Positions 42,419 to 52,225 of a stretch of 64,000 nt of DNA are shown here, one piece after another. The stretch is from an uncultured Candidatus Binatia bacterium. Its GTDB lineage: Bacteria; Desulfobacterota; Binatia; HRBIN30; CADEER01. Every line of letters begins with the position of its first letter. Within the stretch, counting starts at the first letter, position 1. The position numbers were made by a program, and so were the translations under genes. The stretch lies in assembly GCA_964455095.1 (NCBI GenBank), contig CAYVUV010000191.1:3939-67938 (forward strand), read 5' to 3'. The notes under the pieces were generated by a model. The model saw only the letters and a list, made by a program, of their open reading frames with translations, did no database searches and was not told where the DNA came from.

Positions 42419-43590
42419 GACCGTCCGCGCGGCAGGCCGAGCACGCGCTCGGCGATGATGTTGCGCTGGATCTCCGACGATCCGGCGGCAATCGTGCGGC
42501 CGCGCGAGTAGAGCATCAGGTGCCCCCAGCGACCGTCGTCGACGGCGTGCGGCGAGCCCTGCATCAGCTGGCCGAACGGACCCTGCAGCGCCAGCGCCCC
42601 CTCGAGCATGCGCTGATACATCTCGCTCCAGAAGAGCTTCTCGATCGAACCCTCCGGCCCCGGCACGCCGCCGCGCAACACGCGCGTCAGGTTGCGCAAG
42701 GCCGTGTAGCGCATTGCCTCGCTGTCGATGTAGGCGGCGGCGAGCTGCTGGCGCGCCAGCGGGTCGCGCGCCAGCGGGGCGCCGCGCGTCGGCCGCCGCG
42801 CCAGGGCGAGCAGGTCGTGCAGGGCCCGGCGCGACTGCAACTGGCGGCTGAAGGTCAGCGTCTGGCGCTCGTGCATGAGCGTCGTGATGGCGATGTCCCA
42901 GCCGCCGTTGATCGCCCCGATGACGTTGGCGCGCGGCACGCGCACGTCCTCGAAGAACACCTCGTTGAAGTCGTCCTCGCCGCTGATCTGCCGCAGCGGC
43001 CGCACCGATATCCCCGGGCTGCGCATGTCGACGAGCAGGAACGTGATGCCGCGGTGCTTGGGCGCCTCGGGATCGGTGCGCACCAGCAGCATGCACCAGT
43101 CGGCATAGCGCGCGAAACTGGTCCACACCTTCTGTCCGTTGACCACGAACGAATCGCCGTCGAGCACGGCGCGGGTCTTGAGCGCCGCCAGGTCGGAACC
43201 CGCGTTGGGTTCCGAGAAGCCCTGACACCAGATCTCGTCGGCGGCGAGGATGCGCTTCAGATGGCGCTGCTTCTGCGCTTCGGTGCCGTGCGCGATCAGC
43301 ACCGGCCCGCCCATGGTCAAACCGGCCAGATTGATCAGCAGTGGCGCCTGGGCCCGCGCCATCTCCTCTTCGAAGAGGATCTGCTCGATGACCGAGGCGC
43401 CGCGGCCACCGTATTCGGCTGGCCAATGCACGCCACACCACCCGGCTTCGAAGAGCCGCCGCTGCCAGTCCTTGCCGTAGGCCACCCAGGCGTCGAGCGA
43501 CTCGGGCTCCGGGCCGGGCGGATTGGCGGTCAGCCAGGCGCGCAGATCGGACCGGAAACCCTCTTCGGCCGGCGAATACGTCAAGTCCAT
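42415..43590 (-). CDS. Acyl-CoA dehydrogenase
   Basis: 391-aa ORF with FSEPNAGSDLAAL and the C-terminal IAAGSSEIQRNIIAERVLGLP. Confidence 0.92.
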   Translation of the reverse strand: MDLTYSPAEEGFRSDLRAWLTANPPGPEPESLDAWVAYGKDWQRRLFEAGWCGVHWPAEYGGRGASVIEQILFEEEMARAQAPLLINLAGLTMGGPVLIAHGTEAQKQRHLKRILAADEIWCQGFSEPNAGSDLAALKTRAVLDGDSFVVNGQKVWTSFARYADWCMLLVRTDPEAPKHRGITFLLVDMRSPGISVRPLRQISGEDDFNEVFFEDVRVPRANVIGAINGGWDIAITTLMHERQTLTFSRQLQSRRALHDLLALARRPTRGAPLARDPLARQQLAAAYIDSEAMRYTALRNLTRVLRGGVPGPEGSIEKLFWSEMYQRMLEGALALQGPFGQLMQGSPHAVDDGRWGHLMLYSRGRTIAAGSSEIQRNIIAERVLGLPRGRS

Positions 43591-43834
43591 GCGGTCCCGG
43601 TAGCGCCTGTACGTGCGCCGGTCAATCGGCGAACGGGGCCGCGGACAGCCGTCACCGATGCAACGGTTTTGGCGAAAAGGCGGCGTCGGGTGTCAGGCCG
43701 GAGCCGGCGCGGTACAGAAACGCCCTCCAACCTCGTCCGACGCGCCATTGATGCGAGTGGGCACGCGAGATGCACTGCGATGGCAACGACGTCCGCCTGC
43801 GTTGGTAGAGCGGGCACCCACGAGGGGAGGAGTT

Positions 43835-45166
43835 ATGGCAGCGCCGAAAACTGAGAGCGGGTTGGAACAGGTGGGGGAGTACGCGACCTCCTTGACCGAG
43901 AAGCGGCGGCTGCTGCTGCTCGTCCGCACCGGATTGACCCTCGCCATTGGGTACCTGCTCATCTTCAGCTCCAAGGCGCCCGTATTGCCGCCCGCACTGC
44001 TCGCTTTTGTGGTCATCTATCTGGGCAGCAACGTGCTCATCGCCGCCCTGCCGGGACGCGTGCTCGCCAGCGCCGCGTTCGACGTCGGCCTGGTGCTGGT
44101 CGATACCGCCGCGATTTCCTTCGCGCTCTACATGATGCCCGACGCCAACACCGATGTGTTCGTGTTCTACTTCGTCATCATCCTGCTCGCCTCGATCAGC
44201 GACCGGCTCTCGCTCAGCCTGTTCGCGCCGGTCGTCACCAGCATTGCGTACTTCGCCTTTCTCTTCGCCCGCTACGGCCTCGACGAAGTGCTGAAGCCCG
44301 CCATCTTGCTGCGCATGCCCTTCTTCTTGCTGGCCGGGGCGTTCTACGGATTCTTCGTCGACCGCGTGCGGCGCGGACAGATCGCCGCCGCGGCCGCCAA
44401 GCAGCGCGAAGCGGCGCGCACGGAGTTCCTGTCGCTGATCACGCACGACCTCAAACAACCGTTGTGGGTCGCGCAGCAGTCGGCGGCGCTCCTCTACGAG
44501 CAGCTCGGCCGCGACAACGCGCCGCCGCAGAAGCTGGCCGCGCAGGTCATGGTGAGCTTGCGCCGCATGGAAGCCCTGACCATGAACTTCCTCGATCTCG
44601 GGCGCATCGAAACGCGCGGCATCCAGGTGTTCCCGCGCCGCGCGCCGCTCAACCAGCTGGTGGCGGACCTGGTCGAGTCGTACCAGCCGGCGCTGGATCT
44701 GAAGGCCGTCGCCGTGCAACTCGAGCTCGATCCGAGCTTACCGCTGGCGTGGATCGATCCGCCGCAGGTCGAACGCGCGTTCGCCAACTTGCTCGACAAC
44801 GCGGTGAAGTTCACGCCCGAGGGCGGGCGGATCGTTCTCCGCACTGCGCTCGAGGAAGGCCAAGCCGTGGTGACGATCGGGGACAGCGGCCCCGGGATCG
44901 GGTCGGAGCGCGCGGCGACGCTGTTCGCCCGCTTCCAGAACGGCAGCGACACGGCCGGACGCCGCAGCACCGGCCTCGGCCTCTACATCGCGCGCGCCAT
45001 CGCCGTTGCACACGGCGGCGACATCGCGCTCGACGCTCAGTCGCAGGGCGGCGCGTGGTTCCGCGTCCGCCTGCCCCTGGCCGCGCCCGAGACGAAGGCG
45101 CCGCAGGCCCACGCCGTGCGCAGCCCGCGCGCGATCCACGCCGCCGTCGGCGAGCGGCTCGCGTAA
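43835..45166 (+). CDS. Membrane sensor histidine kinase (no adjacent response regulator)
   Basis: Multi-TM N-terminal half. H-box FLSLITHDLKQPL, N-box LLDNAVKFTPEGG, G1 DSGPGI and G2 GLGLYIAR. A GGGGAGGAG ribosome-binding site precedes the ATG at 43835. Confidence 0.88.
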   Translation: MAAPKTESGLEQVGEYATSLTEKRRLLLLVRTGLTLAIGYLLIFSSKAPVLPPALLAFVVIYLGSNVLIAALPGRVLASAAFDVGLVLVDTAAISFALYMMPDANTDVFVFYFVIILLASISDRLSLSLFAPVVTSIAYFAFLFARYGLDEVLKPAILLRMPFFLLAGAFYGFFVDRVRRGQIAAAAAKQREAARTEFLSLITHDLKQPLWVAQQSAALLYEQLGRDNAPPQKLAAQVMVSLRRMEALTMNFLDLGRIETRGIQVFPRRAPLNQLVADLVESYQPALDLKAVAVQLELDPSLPLAWIDPPQVERAFANLLDNAVKFTPEGGRIVLRTALEEGQAVVTIGDSGPGIGSERAATLFARFQNGSDTAGRRSTGLGLYIARAIAVAHGGDIALDAQSQGGAWFRVRLPLAAPETKAPQAHAVRSPRAIHAAVGERLA

Positions 45167-45224
45167 CCGATCCCGCGCAACTGCACCTCGCAGCCGCGCG
45201 GGGAAGCCGCTAGGGTGGCGCGCT

Positions 45225-46445
45225 ATGCCCCCGCGCTTCCTCAAGGGCTACGCGGTGCTCGGCCGGCGCAACTACCGGCTGTTCTGGCTCGGCCAGTGGG
45301 CATCGCTGGTCGGCACCTGGATGCAGTCGGCGGCACAGGGCTGGCTGCTGCTGCGGCTCGACCAGAGCCCCTTCATGCTCGGCGTGCTCGGCGCCGCCTC
45401 CGCCGCGCCGATGCTCGCCCTGGTGCTGCTCGGCGGCGTGGTCAGCGATCGCGCCGACCGCCGCCGCGTGATCATGATCGCGCAAGCGCTCTCGCTGCTG
45501 CAGGCGCTCGCGCTGGCGGTGCTCACATTGAGCGGCGTCATCCGCCCATGGCACATCATCGCGCTCGCCGCCGCGCTCGGCGCGATCAACGCCTTCGACA
45601 TGCCCGCCCGGCAGGCCTTCGTGGTCGACCTGGTTGGCCGCGCCCAGTTGCCGAACGCCATCGCGCTCAACGCGACGGGCTTCAACGTCGCGCGCATCGC
45701 CGGCCCGGCGATCGGAGGCTTGGTGGTCGCGGCCGTCGGCGAGGGCCTGTGTTTCCTGGTCAACGCGATCAGCTACGTCTTCGTCCTCTGGGGCCTGTGG
45801 CTGATCGACACGGACCAGCCCGCCACCGCCGTCGGTCTGCCGGCCGCCGGCGAGCCGATGGATCTGCGCGCTGGCATCCGCTACGCCATGGCGCGGCGCG
45901 AGCTGTGGGCAGTGCTCGTGGTGGTCGGGGTCGTCAGTGCGTTCGGGGTGCCCTATCGCATCCTGCTCCCGGACATGGCGCGCACCGTGCTGACCCTCGA
46001 TGCGTGGCGCTACGGCGTGCTGATGGCCGCGGCCGGGGTCGGCGCCGGCCTCGGCGCCGTGGTGCTGGCCGGTCTGCAGCTCGGCATGGAGCAGTACCGC
46101 CGCCTGATGCCGATCGGGCTGCTCGTCTTTTCGCTCGCGCTGGTTGCCTTTGCCGAGTCGCGTAGCTACGCGCTCGCACTGGTCACGCTGGCCGCGGTCG
46201 GCGGTGGCGGCATCCTGTACTTCAATGCCTCGAACATCCTCGTGCAGCTCGGCGTCGAGGACGCCTACCGCGGCCGCGTCATGGCCGTGTATACGCTGAT
46301 GCATCAAGGCACCGCCGCGGTCGGTTGCCTCGCGCTCGGCGCCGTCGCGGCGCGCTTCGGCACGCCGTCCGCTCTGTGCAGCGGCGCTGCGGGCTGCCTG
46401 GCCGCGCTGGCCTGGCTCGGCATCCGCCGGCTGCGCGCCGGCTGA
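45225..46445 (+). CDS. MFS transporter (EntS/MFS_3-like)
   Basis: Shows YRLFWLGQWASLVGTWMQ and a 12-TM hydrophobic profile. Confidence 0.85.
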   Translation: MPPRFLKGYAVLGRRNYRLFWLGQWASLVGTWMQSAAQGWLLLRLDQSPFMLGVLGAASAAPMLALVLLGGVVSDRADRRRVIMIAQALSLLQALALAVLTLSGVIRPWHIIALAAALGAINAFDMPARQAFVVDLVGRAQLPNAIALNATGFNVARIAGPAIGGLVVAAVGEGLCFLVNAISYVFVLWGLWLIDTDQPATAVGLPAAGEPMDLRAGIRYAMARRELWAVLVVVGVVSAFGVPYRILLPDMARTVLTLDAWRYGVLMAAAGVGAGLGAVVLAGLQLGMEQYRRLMPIGLLVFSLALVAFAESRSYALALVTLAAVGGGGILYFNASNILVQLGVEDAYRGRVMAVYTLMHQGTAAVGCLALGAVAARFGTPSALCSGAAGCLAALAWLGIRRLRAG

Positions 46446-46447
46446 CG

Positions 46448-46990
46448 TCAGGCGCCGTTGGCGGCGAGATGCGCCGCGGCCAGGTGCAAGCCCGCGATCG
46501 ACTTGGCGTCCTGAATCTCGCCGCGCTGGATCATCTCGAGCGCCTGCGCGAGCGGCCGCCGGCTCACGCTCAGGACCTCATCGTGGTCGAGCTCCTGGGT
46601 CGCTACTGTAAGGCGCCGGGCGAGGAACAGATGGATGCGTTCGTCGCAGAATCCGGGCGTGGTCAGCACGCTTCCGAGCAGGATCAGCTCACCGGCGACG
46701 AGCCCCGTCTCCTCGCGCAGCTCGCGGCCAGCGCACTGCAACGGCGGCTCGCCCGGGTTCAATGTGCCGGCGGGAATCTCCCAGATGTAGCCCCCGGCCG
46801 CGTAGCGGTACTGGTGAAGCAGCGCCACCTCGCCCTCGTCGTCAATGGCCACGATGGCCGCCGCGCCGGGGTGGCTGACCACTTCGAGCTCGACGCGCGC
46901 GCCGGTGGGCAGACGCACGTCTTCGAGCCGCAGGCTGATGATGCGACCCTGGTAGATCTGGCGGACCAGCGACACACGCCTGGCTAGCAC
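46448..46990 (-). CDS. NUDIX hydrolase (ADP-ribose pyrophosphatase-like)
   Basis: Nudix box GTLNPGEPPLQCAGRELREETG; overall NudF-like arrangement. Confidence 0.88.
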   Translation of the reverse strand: MLARRVSLVRQIYQGRIISLRLEDVRLPTGARVELEVVSHPGAAAIVAIDDEGEVALLHQYRYAAGGYIWEIPAGTLNPGEPPLQCAGRELREETGLVAGELILLGSVLTTPGFCDERIHLFLARRLTVATQELDHDEVLSVSRRPLAQALEMIQRGEIQDAKSIAGLHLAAAHLAANGA

Positions 46991-47020
46991 GAGTGCCGCG
47001 GGCGAACCAGCGCCGGCCGC

Positions 47021-47335
47021 TCAGTTGGCGGCGGCCGATGCTGCCGCCGCACCCCAAAGCCCGGGGCGCAGCTCCGACGGGAGACGCGGGATCAGCGCCA
47101 GGCGGGCCAGCAGGCCGCCGCGACGCAGATCGCGCACACCATCCTTGAGAAGGTGCAGCAGGTGCGGGCCGAGCCCGGTGGCGACCACGTCCACGCAGCA
47201 CGCGCCACCAACGGCTTCGGCAAAGCGAACGACGTGCGCGAGTACAGACTCGATGACCGCTGCGTCGACGTCGCCCGCATACGTGTAGATCCACTCGACG
47301 CGCTGATCCAAGACGCGCCAGACGGTGACGCGCAT
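47021..47335 (-). CDS. Hypothetical protein (about 104 aa)
   Basis: High GC3 in frame from the ATG at 47335 (MRVTVWRVLDQRVEWIYTYAGDVDAAVIESVL...); an alternative ATG lies at 47401. I recognise no family. The upstream part of the track ORF (to 47590) does not look coding. Confidence 0.45.
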   Translation of the reverse strand: MRVTVWRVLDQRVEWIYTYAGDVDAAVIESVLAHVVRFAEAVGGACCVDVVATGLGPHLLHLLKDGVRDLRRGGLLARLALIPRLPSELRPGLWGAAAASAAAN

Positions 47336-47571
47336 CGCGGCGTTGAGTTGCCTCTCCGCGTGCAGAGGACGGTGATAGTCAACGAATCGCGCGCATGCCA
47401 TGTGGGGTCTCGCTTTGCGGAGTTCGGATCTGCTGAGCATGGAAGAGCAACGTTGATGCCAGTGCCGCGCCGAGCCCCAGCGCGCGATGAGCTGTCGCCT
47501 GATGAGCGCGGGCATGTTGCGCGCCGGCATTTCCATACGGACCCGCTGTGGCGCCGTCGTGTACCGCTCGG

Positions 47572-49194
47572 TCAGAAGCCGATTGCGCAACCGTCCTTGC
47601 GACGGTCCGATCCACCCCAGTACACGCCCGTCGCGGGATCGACCGCGATCCCCTGCCCGCCGCCGAATCCGCCGCGGGCGAGCGCGCCGAGCTCGCCCTC
47701 CACCGCATGGCCGAGGCGCGCCAGCTCGCCGCCGACGGCAGCCCCGAGCGCCGACTCGAGCGCGACGCGGTCGGTGTCCAAATAGTGGAAACGCGGCTGA
47801 TCGATCGCCTCTTGAATGTTGCAGCCGTAGTCGACGAGGTTCGACACCACCTGGAGATGCCCTTGCGCCTGCATGTCACCGCCCATGACGCCAAACGAGA
47901 CCAACGGCCGCCCACCCTTCGTGATCATCGCCGGGATGATGGTGTGGAAGGGGCGCTTGCGCGGCGCCAGACAGTTGGGATGGGAGGGGTCGGTCGAAAA
48001 GCCGAAGCCGCGGTTCTGCAGCGCGATGCCGGTGTCGCCGGCGACGATGCCGCTGCCGAACGGGAAGTACAAGCTGTTGATCAACGAGACGACGTTGCCG
48101 GCCGCGTCGGCGGCAGTCAGATAGACCGTGTCGCGCCCGCCCCCGGCGCTGCCCGGTGCCGCGGCCTTGATCGCCTTGCCGGGGTGAATCAACGCGGCGC
48201 GCCCTTGCGCGTAGTCCTTCGACAGCAGGTGCGCGACGGGGACGGACGCAAACGCCGGGTCCGCGAGGTAGCGATTGCGGTCGGCGAAGGCGAGCTTGAC
48301 GGCCTCGATGCGCAAGTGCTGCGCGCGGGCCGAATCGAAGCCAGCTGCGCCGACGTCGAAGCACTCCAGAATGTTGAGCGCCAACAGCGCGGTGAGACCC
48401 TGACCCGGCGGCGGCATCTCGTGGACGAGATGGCCGCGGTAGTCGGTGGCGATCGGGTCTTCCCAGGTCGAACGGTGCGACGCGAAGTCCTCGCGCGTGT
48501 GCCAACCGCCGAGCGCCTGCGCGCAGGCGACGATCTGATCCGCCAGCTCACCGCGGTAGAAGACGTCGGCACCCCCCGCGGCGAGGGCTTCGAGACTGTG
48601 CGCCAGGGCGGGCAAGCGCACCACCTCGCCGAGACGCGGCGCGCCGCCGTCGACGGCAAAGGTACGCCGCGCGTCGTCGTTCTGCAGCAGGCCGACGCTG
48701 AGTGCCCACTGTTGGGCGATGATTTCGCTCACCGGATAGCCGTCGCGCGCGTAGGCGATGGCCGGCTCGAGCACGGCGGCGAGCGAGCGCGTGCCGAAGC
48801 GACCGAGCGCCTCGCTCCACGCGTCGACGGCGCCGGGGATGGTCACCGGCACGATGCCGTGCGCCGGCATCGCGCGCAGCCCGCGCGCGGCGAGGGCTTC
48901 GAGGCTGGCGCCGCGCGGTGCGCGCCCACTGCCGTTGAGGCCGTACACCCGGTCCTCGGCGGCGCTCCAGATCAACATGAAACAGTCGCCGCCGATGCCG
49001 GTGCTGAACGGTTCGACGACGCCGAGGACCGCGGCAGCGCACACCGCGGCGTCGACGGCGTTGCCGCCGCCGCGCAGCATTGTGGCCCCGGCAAACGAGG
49101 CGAGTGACTGACTGGTGCAAACCATGCCGCCGCGGCCGAGCGCCATCGAGCGTTGGCTGCCGCGCCCGCCGTCGGTGCGCTGGGTGTCAAACAT
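47572..49194 (-). CDS. Gamma-glutamyltransferase-family protein (Ntn hydrolase), no obvious signal peptide
   Basis: Shows GGNAVDAAV...GIGGDCF, and the autoprocessing/catalytic Thr context GGGRDTVYLTAADAAGNVVSLINSL. Confidence 0.9.
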   Translation of the reverse strand: MFDTQRTDGGRGSQRSMALGRGGMVCTSQSLASFAGATMLRGGGNAVDAAVCAAAVLGVVEPFSTGIGGDCFMLIWSAAEDRVYGLNGSGRAPRGASLEALAARGLRAMPAHGIVPVTIPGAVDAWSEALGRFGTRSLAAVLEPAIAYARDGYPVSEIIAQQWALSVGLLQNDDARRTFAVDGGAPRLGEVVRLPALAHSLEALAAGGADVFYRGELADQIVACAQALGGWHTREDFASHRSTWEDPIATDYRGHLVHEMPPPGQGLTALLALNILECFDVGAAGFDSARAQHLRIEAVKLAFADRNRYLADPAFASVPVAHLLSKDYAQGRAALIHPGKAIKAAAPGSAGGGRDTVYLTAADAAGNVVSLINSLYFPFGSGIVAGDTGIALQNRGFGFSTDPSHPNCLAPRKRPFHTIIPAMITKGGRPLVSFGVMGGDMQAQGHLQVVSNLVDYGCNIQEAIDQPRFHYLDTDRVALESALGAAVGGELARLGHAVEGELGALARGGFGGGQGIAVDPATGVYWGGSDRRKDGCAIGF

Positions 49195-49197
49195 GGT

Positions 49198-50307
49198 TCA
49201 GCCGGGCAGCGTCTCGTAGGACAGCTGCTCCGACTGCAGCCCGTCCAGGAACGCGCGCGCGTCAAACGCCATCGCCGGTGGCAGTACCCCGCGCCGCCGC
49301 GCCCGCCCATTCGCCAGCAGCAGGGCGCCCTGGCGCGCAATGCCGGCCGTGAGCCCGTACGGGTCGCGCCCGCGCAGCAGCACGCGCTGGCAGACCGCCT
49401 TGCCGCGTCGCGTGCCGCGGGCGTCGACCGCGATGTGAAACACATCGCGCCGCCGCGTCGCCTCGTCGGGGCCGTCGCCGTCCGCTCCGATCAGCCGCGC
49501 CGCCAGCGCCGACAGCGGCGAACGCACCAGCGCGGCCATCGCGCGCGCGCCTGCCGACACGACCCGCGCGGCCACCGGCGGCACGGCAAGAAACACGCGC
49601 ACCTCCCGTGCCTGCACGTGCCGCGGGATGGTGATGACCTCGGCGCTCGGGATGCTGACGGCGCTCACCCGCCCGACCGGCTCGGGCAGGTCGACGGTGG
49701 TGACGTGCTGCCCCGGCATCTCTGCGACCCACGCGCCGTCGGCGAAGGCGAAGCCGCCGCACTCCAACATGCGCAGCGCCGTGCGCTTGGTGCCCTGGCT
49801 GGCGTGGAAGCGAGTGACGTAGACGACCTGCACCGACTCGACCGCGTCGAGCCCCTCGGCGGCCAGCGCCGCGGCGCAGTCGGCCAGCGCGATCTCGAAC
49901 GCCAGGGCGGGCACCACGGTGACGTCCTGCGCCGCGGCCCAGGTGTCGTGCACCCGCTGCGCCTTGACGAACGGCTGCTCGCCCGTGGTGTCGAGGTAAT
50001 GCGCCCCGTTGGCGATCGCCGCCCGCACCACCGGATCGCCGTGATCGACGAACGGGCCGACGCAGTTGATCAACACCTGCGCCCGCTGCGCCAGGGCGTC
50101 GAGCGCGTCCGGCTGCTCGACATTGACGACGAAGGTCTCGGCGCCGCCGAGCGCCGTCGACAACTGCTCCAATTTGGCGGCATTGCGCCCCGCCAGCAGC
50201 AACGGCGCCCCGTGTTTCCGCAGGGCATGGCAGATCAGTCGCCCCGTGTAACCGGTCGCACCAAGCACCGCGATGGCTCTGTCCCGCTTGGTCACGGACC
50301 GGCGCAT
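49198..50307 (-). CDS. Saccharopine dehydrogenase-like NAD(P)-binding protein
   Basis: Translation from the ATG at 50307 reads MRRSVTKRDRAIAVLGATGYTGRLICHAL (Rossmann GxxGxxG). The track ORF extension to 52413 is antisense to the S8 gene. Confidence 0.78.
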   Translation of the reverse strand: MRRSVTKRDRAIAVLGATGYTGRLICHALRKHGAPLLLAGRNAAKLEQLSTALGGAETFVVNVEQPDALDALAQRAQVLINCVGPFVDHGDPVVRAAIANGAHYLDTTGEQPFVKAQRVHDTWAAAQDVTVVPALAFEIALADCAAALAAEGLDAVESVQVVYVTRFHASQGTKRTALRMLECGGFAFADGAWVAEMPGQHVTTVDLPEPVGRVSAVSIPSAEVITIPRHVQAREVRVFLAVPPVAARVVSAGARAMAALVRSPLSALAARLIGADGDGPDEATRRRDVFHIAVDARGTRRGKAVCQRVLLRGRDPYGLTAGIARQGALLLANGRARRRGVLPPAMAFDARAFLDGLQSEQLSYETLPG

Positions 50308-50382
50308 AGCGCCCCCGCGCCAGGCGGTCAAACTCGCGGGGCTCGCCTTGACCCTCCTCGGACGCGCGCGTCTAATGCGGCG

Positions 50383-52155
50383 ATGCGACGACGGCTGGCG
50401 GTGCTCGCGCTGGTGGCAGGGCTGTGCACCGGCGCCGTCCCGGCAGTGGCAGAGGTGGTCGGACGCGACACGCTCGCGCAAGCGCAGCGCGGCCGTCAGG
50501 TCGCGGTCGTCGTCGCCATGCGACAGCTCGGATCCCCCGGCACGGCGGGTTTGCGCGCGCTCACCCGCCAGCGCCGCCGCGCGCTGGTGCGCGGGCTGCG
50601 CGCGCGCGGTGCCGTGGTAACGCACGAGTATACGACGGTCGGCGGATTCGCGGCGCTGGTGTCGGCCGCGGACCTCGCCGCGCTGGCCGTTGACCCGGAC
50701 GTCGCGCGCGTCGACCTCGACGCCGAGGGCCGCGGCGCGCTGGCGTCGAGCGTGCCGCAGATTGGCGCCGACCGCGTGCACAATCTCCGCGTCACCGGCG
50801 CCGATACGGTGATCGCCGTGCTCGACTCCGGGGTCGAGCGCGATCATCCCGACCTGGCCGACGCGTTGATCCACGAGGAGTGCTTCTGCTCGCGCCCGCA
50901 AGGCAGCGGCACCACCGGCTGCTGCCCGGGCGGGATTGCGCGCGCGTCGGGTCCGGGCAGTGCCCCGACGCAAAACGTGCACGGCGTGCACATCGCCGGC
51001 ATCGCCCTCTCGCGCGGGCGCGTCGCACCGCGTGGCGTCGCACCGGGTGCGGCGCTGGTGGCGGTGCGCGTCGTCGACGACGGCCTGATCGGACGGCTGT
51101 CGGATTGGATCGCGGCGCTCGACTGGATCGCTGCCGCGCGTCCCGACGTGCGGGTGGTGAACATGAGCTTGTCGAGCGTGCAGACCTACAGCGGGCGCTG
51201 CGACCGCAACTGCGACGGCCAGCCGCAGTGCGCGTTGAACATGCTGTTCGGCGAAGTCATCGACGCGCTGTTCGCGCGCGGCACGCTCGTCTTCGCCGCG
51301 TCGGGCAACGACGGACCGTCGAACACACTGACCTCGCCGGCCTGCGTCGAGCGGGCGGTGTCGGTGGGCGCCGTCGATGGCGGGGACGCCGTGGCCTCCT
51401 TCAGCAACGGCAGCGCCAGGCTCGATCTGCTCGCTCCCGGGGTGGACATCGTCTCCTCTGGTCTCGACGGCGGCACCGCGTTCATTCGCGAGGGCACGTC
51501 GCTGGCCACCCCGCACGCCGCCGGCACGGCGGCGCTGCTCCTTGCCGCCAGCCCCGGCAGCAGGGCGGAGACCGTGCTCGACACCATGCGGGCCACGGGC
51601 GTGCCGGTGCGCGACGGGCGCACCGGCGTGACCACGCCGCGCGTCGATGCCTTCGCCGCCTTCCGCGCCCTGACGGCCCACACCGATCTTCTGCGCGGCG
51701 GCGGCAGCCACGGCAGCGACTGTTTGCTGGAGTGGAGCTTCATTCCGTCGGACATCGCCCGCGACGGCACGCGCGCGCTGGCGCGCTGCCGCGACGGCGA
51801 CCTGTTTTGCGACCTGGATGACGAACCCGGCCAGTGCACCTTCGGCCTCTCGCTGTGCTTCAATTCCCCCGATCCGCTGTTGCGCGGCTGCGCCGTCGAC
51901 GAGCGCGTGCTGGGCCTCGAGCTGCTCGCGCCCAGCACCGCCGCGCCGGCGGGTTCCGTCGAACGCCAGAACGCCGAGAGCCTGCACCATTCGTTGCCCG
52001 CCTTCCCACTCGATGGCTCGAGCGTCTGCGGCGTGCCGTTCCCCGTCGTCGTGTCGCGCCCGCGCGGGCGCGGCGTCATATCGCTCCGGCTCGGGGCACA
52101 TACGGCGACGCGCATGGACTACGACCGCGTCGACCTGATCTGCGAGGCGCCCTAG
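50383..52155 (+). CDS. Secreted subtilisin-like S8 serine protease with Cys-rich insertions and a Cys-rich C-terminal domain
   Basis: Signal peptide MRRRLAVLALVAGLCTGAVPAVA. Catalytic triad contexts VIAVLDSGV (Asp), HGVHIAGI (His) and GTSLATPHAAG (Ser). The C-terminal ~150 aa carry 8 Cys. Confidence 0.88.
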   Translation: MRRRLAVLALVAGLCTGAVPAVAEVVGRDTLAQAQRGRQVAVVVAMRQLGSPGTAGLRALTRQRRRALVRGLRARGAVVTHEYTTVGGFAALVSAADLAALAVDPDVARVDLDAEGRGALASSVPQIGADRVHNLRVTGADTVIAVLDSGVERDHPDLADALIHEECFCSRPQGSGTTGCCPGGIARASGPGSAPTQNVHGVHIAGIALSRGRVAPRGVAPGAALVAVRVVDDGLIGRLSDWIAALDWIAAARPDVRVVNMSLSSVQTYSGRCDRNCDGQPQCALNMLFGEVIDALFARGTLVFAASGNDGPSNTLTSPACVERAVSVGAVDGGDAVASFSNGSARLDLLAPGVDIVSSGLDGGTAFIREGTSLATPHAAGTAALLLAASPGSRAETVLDTMRATGVPVRDGRTGVTTPRVDAFAAFRALTAHTDLLRGGGSHGSDCLLEWSFIPSDIARDGTRALARCRDGDLFCDLDDEPGQCTFGLSLCFNSPDPLLRGCAVDERVLGLELLAPSTAAPAGSVERQNAESLHHSLPAFPLDGSSVCGVPFPVVVSRPRGRGVISLRLGAHTATRMDYDRVDLICEAP

Positions 52156-52225
52156 CTTAGGGCGAGCTGGTTCGTCGCGCGGCTTTCGGGTAGAGCTGCA
52201 AGCCGCACGCGAGAAGGGGGGTACC

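Noticed and set aside
49429-49449. 21-nt perfect palindrome CGCGATGTG-AAA-CACATCGCG containing a parS-like half site (GTGAAACA)
   Set aside because: It lies inside the saccharopine-dehydrogenase-like CDS. Only half of the parS consensus is present. 9-nt arms are within chance expectation for 64 kb when several spacer lengths are allowed.
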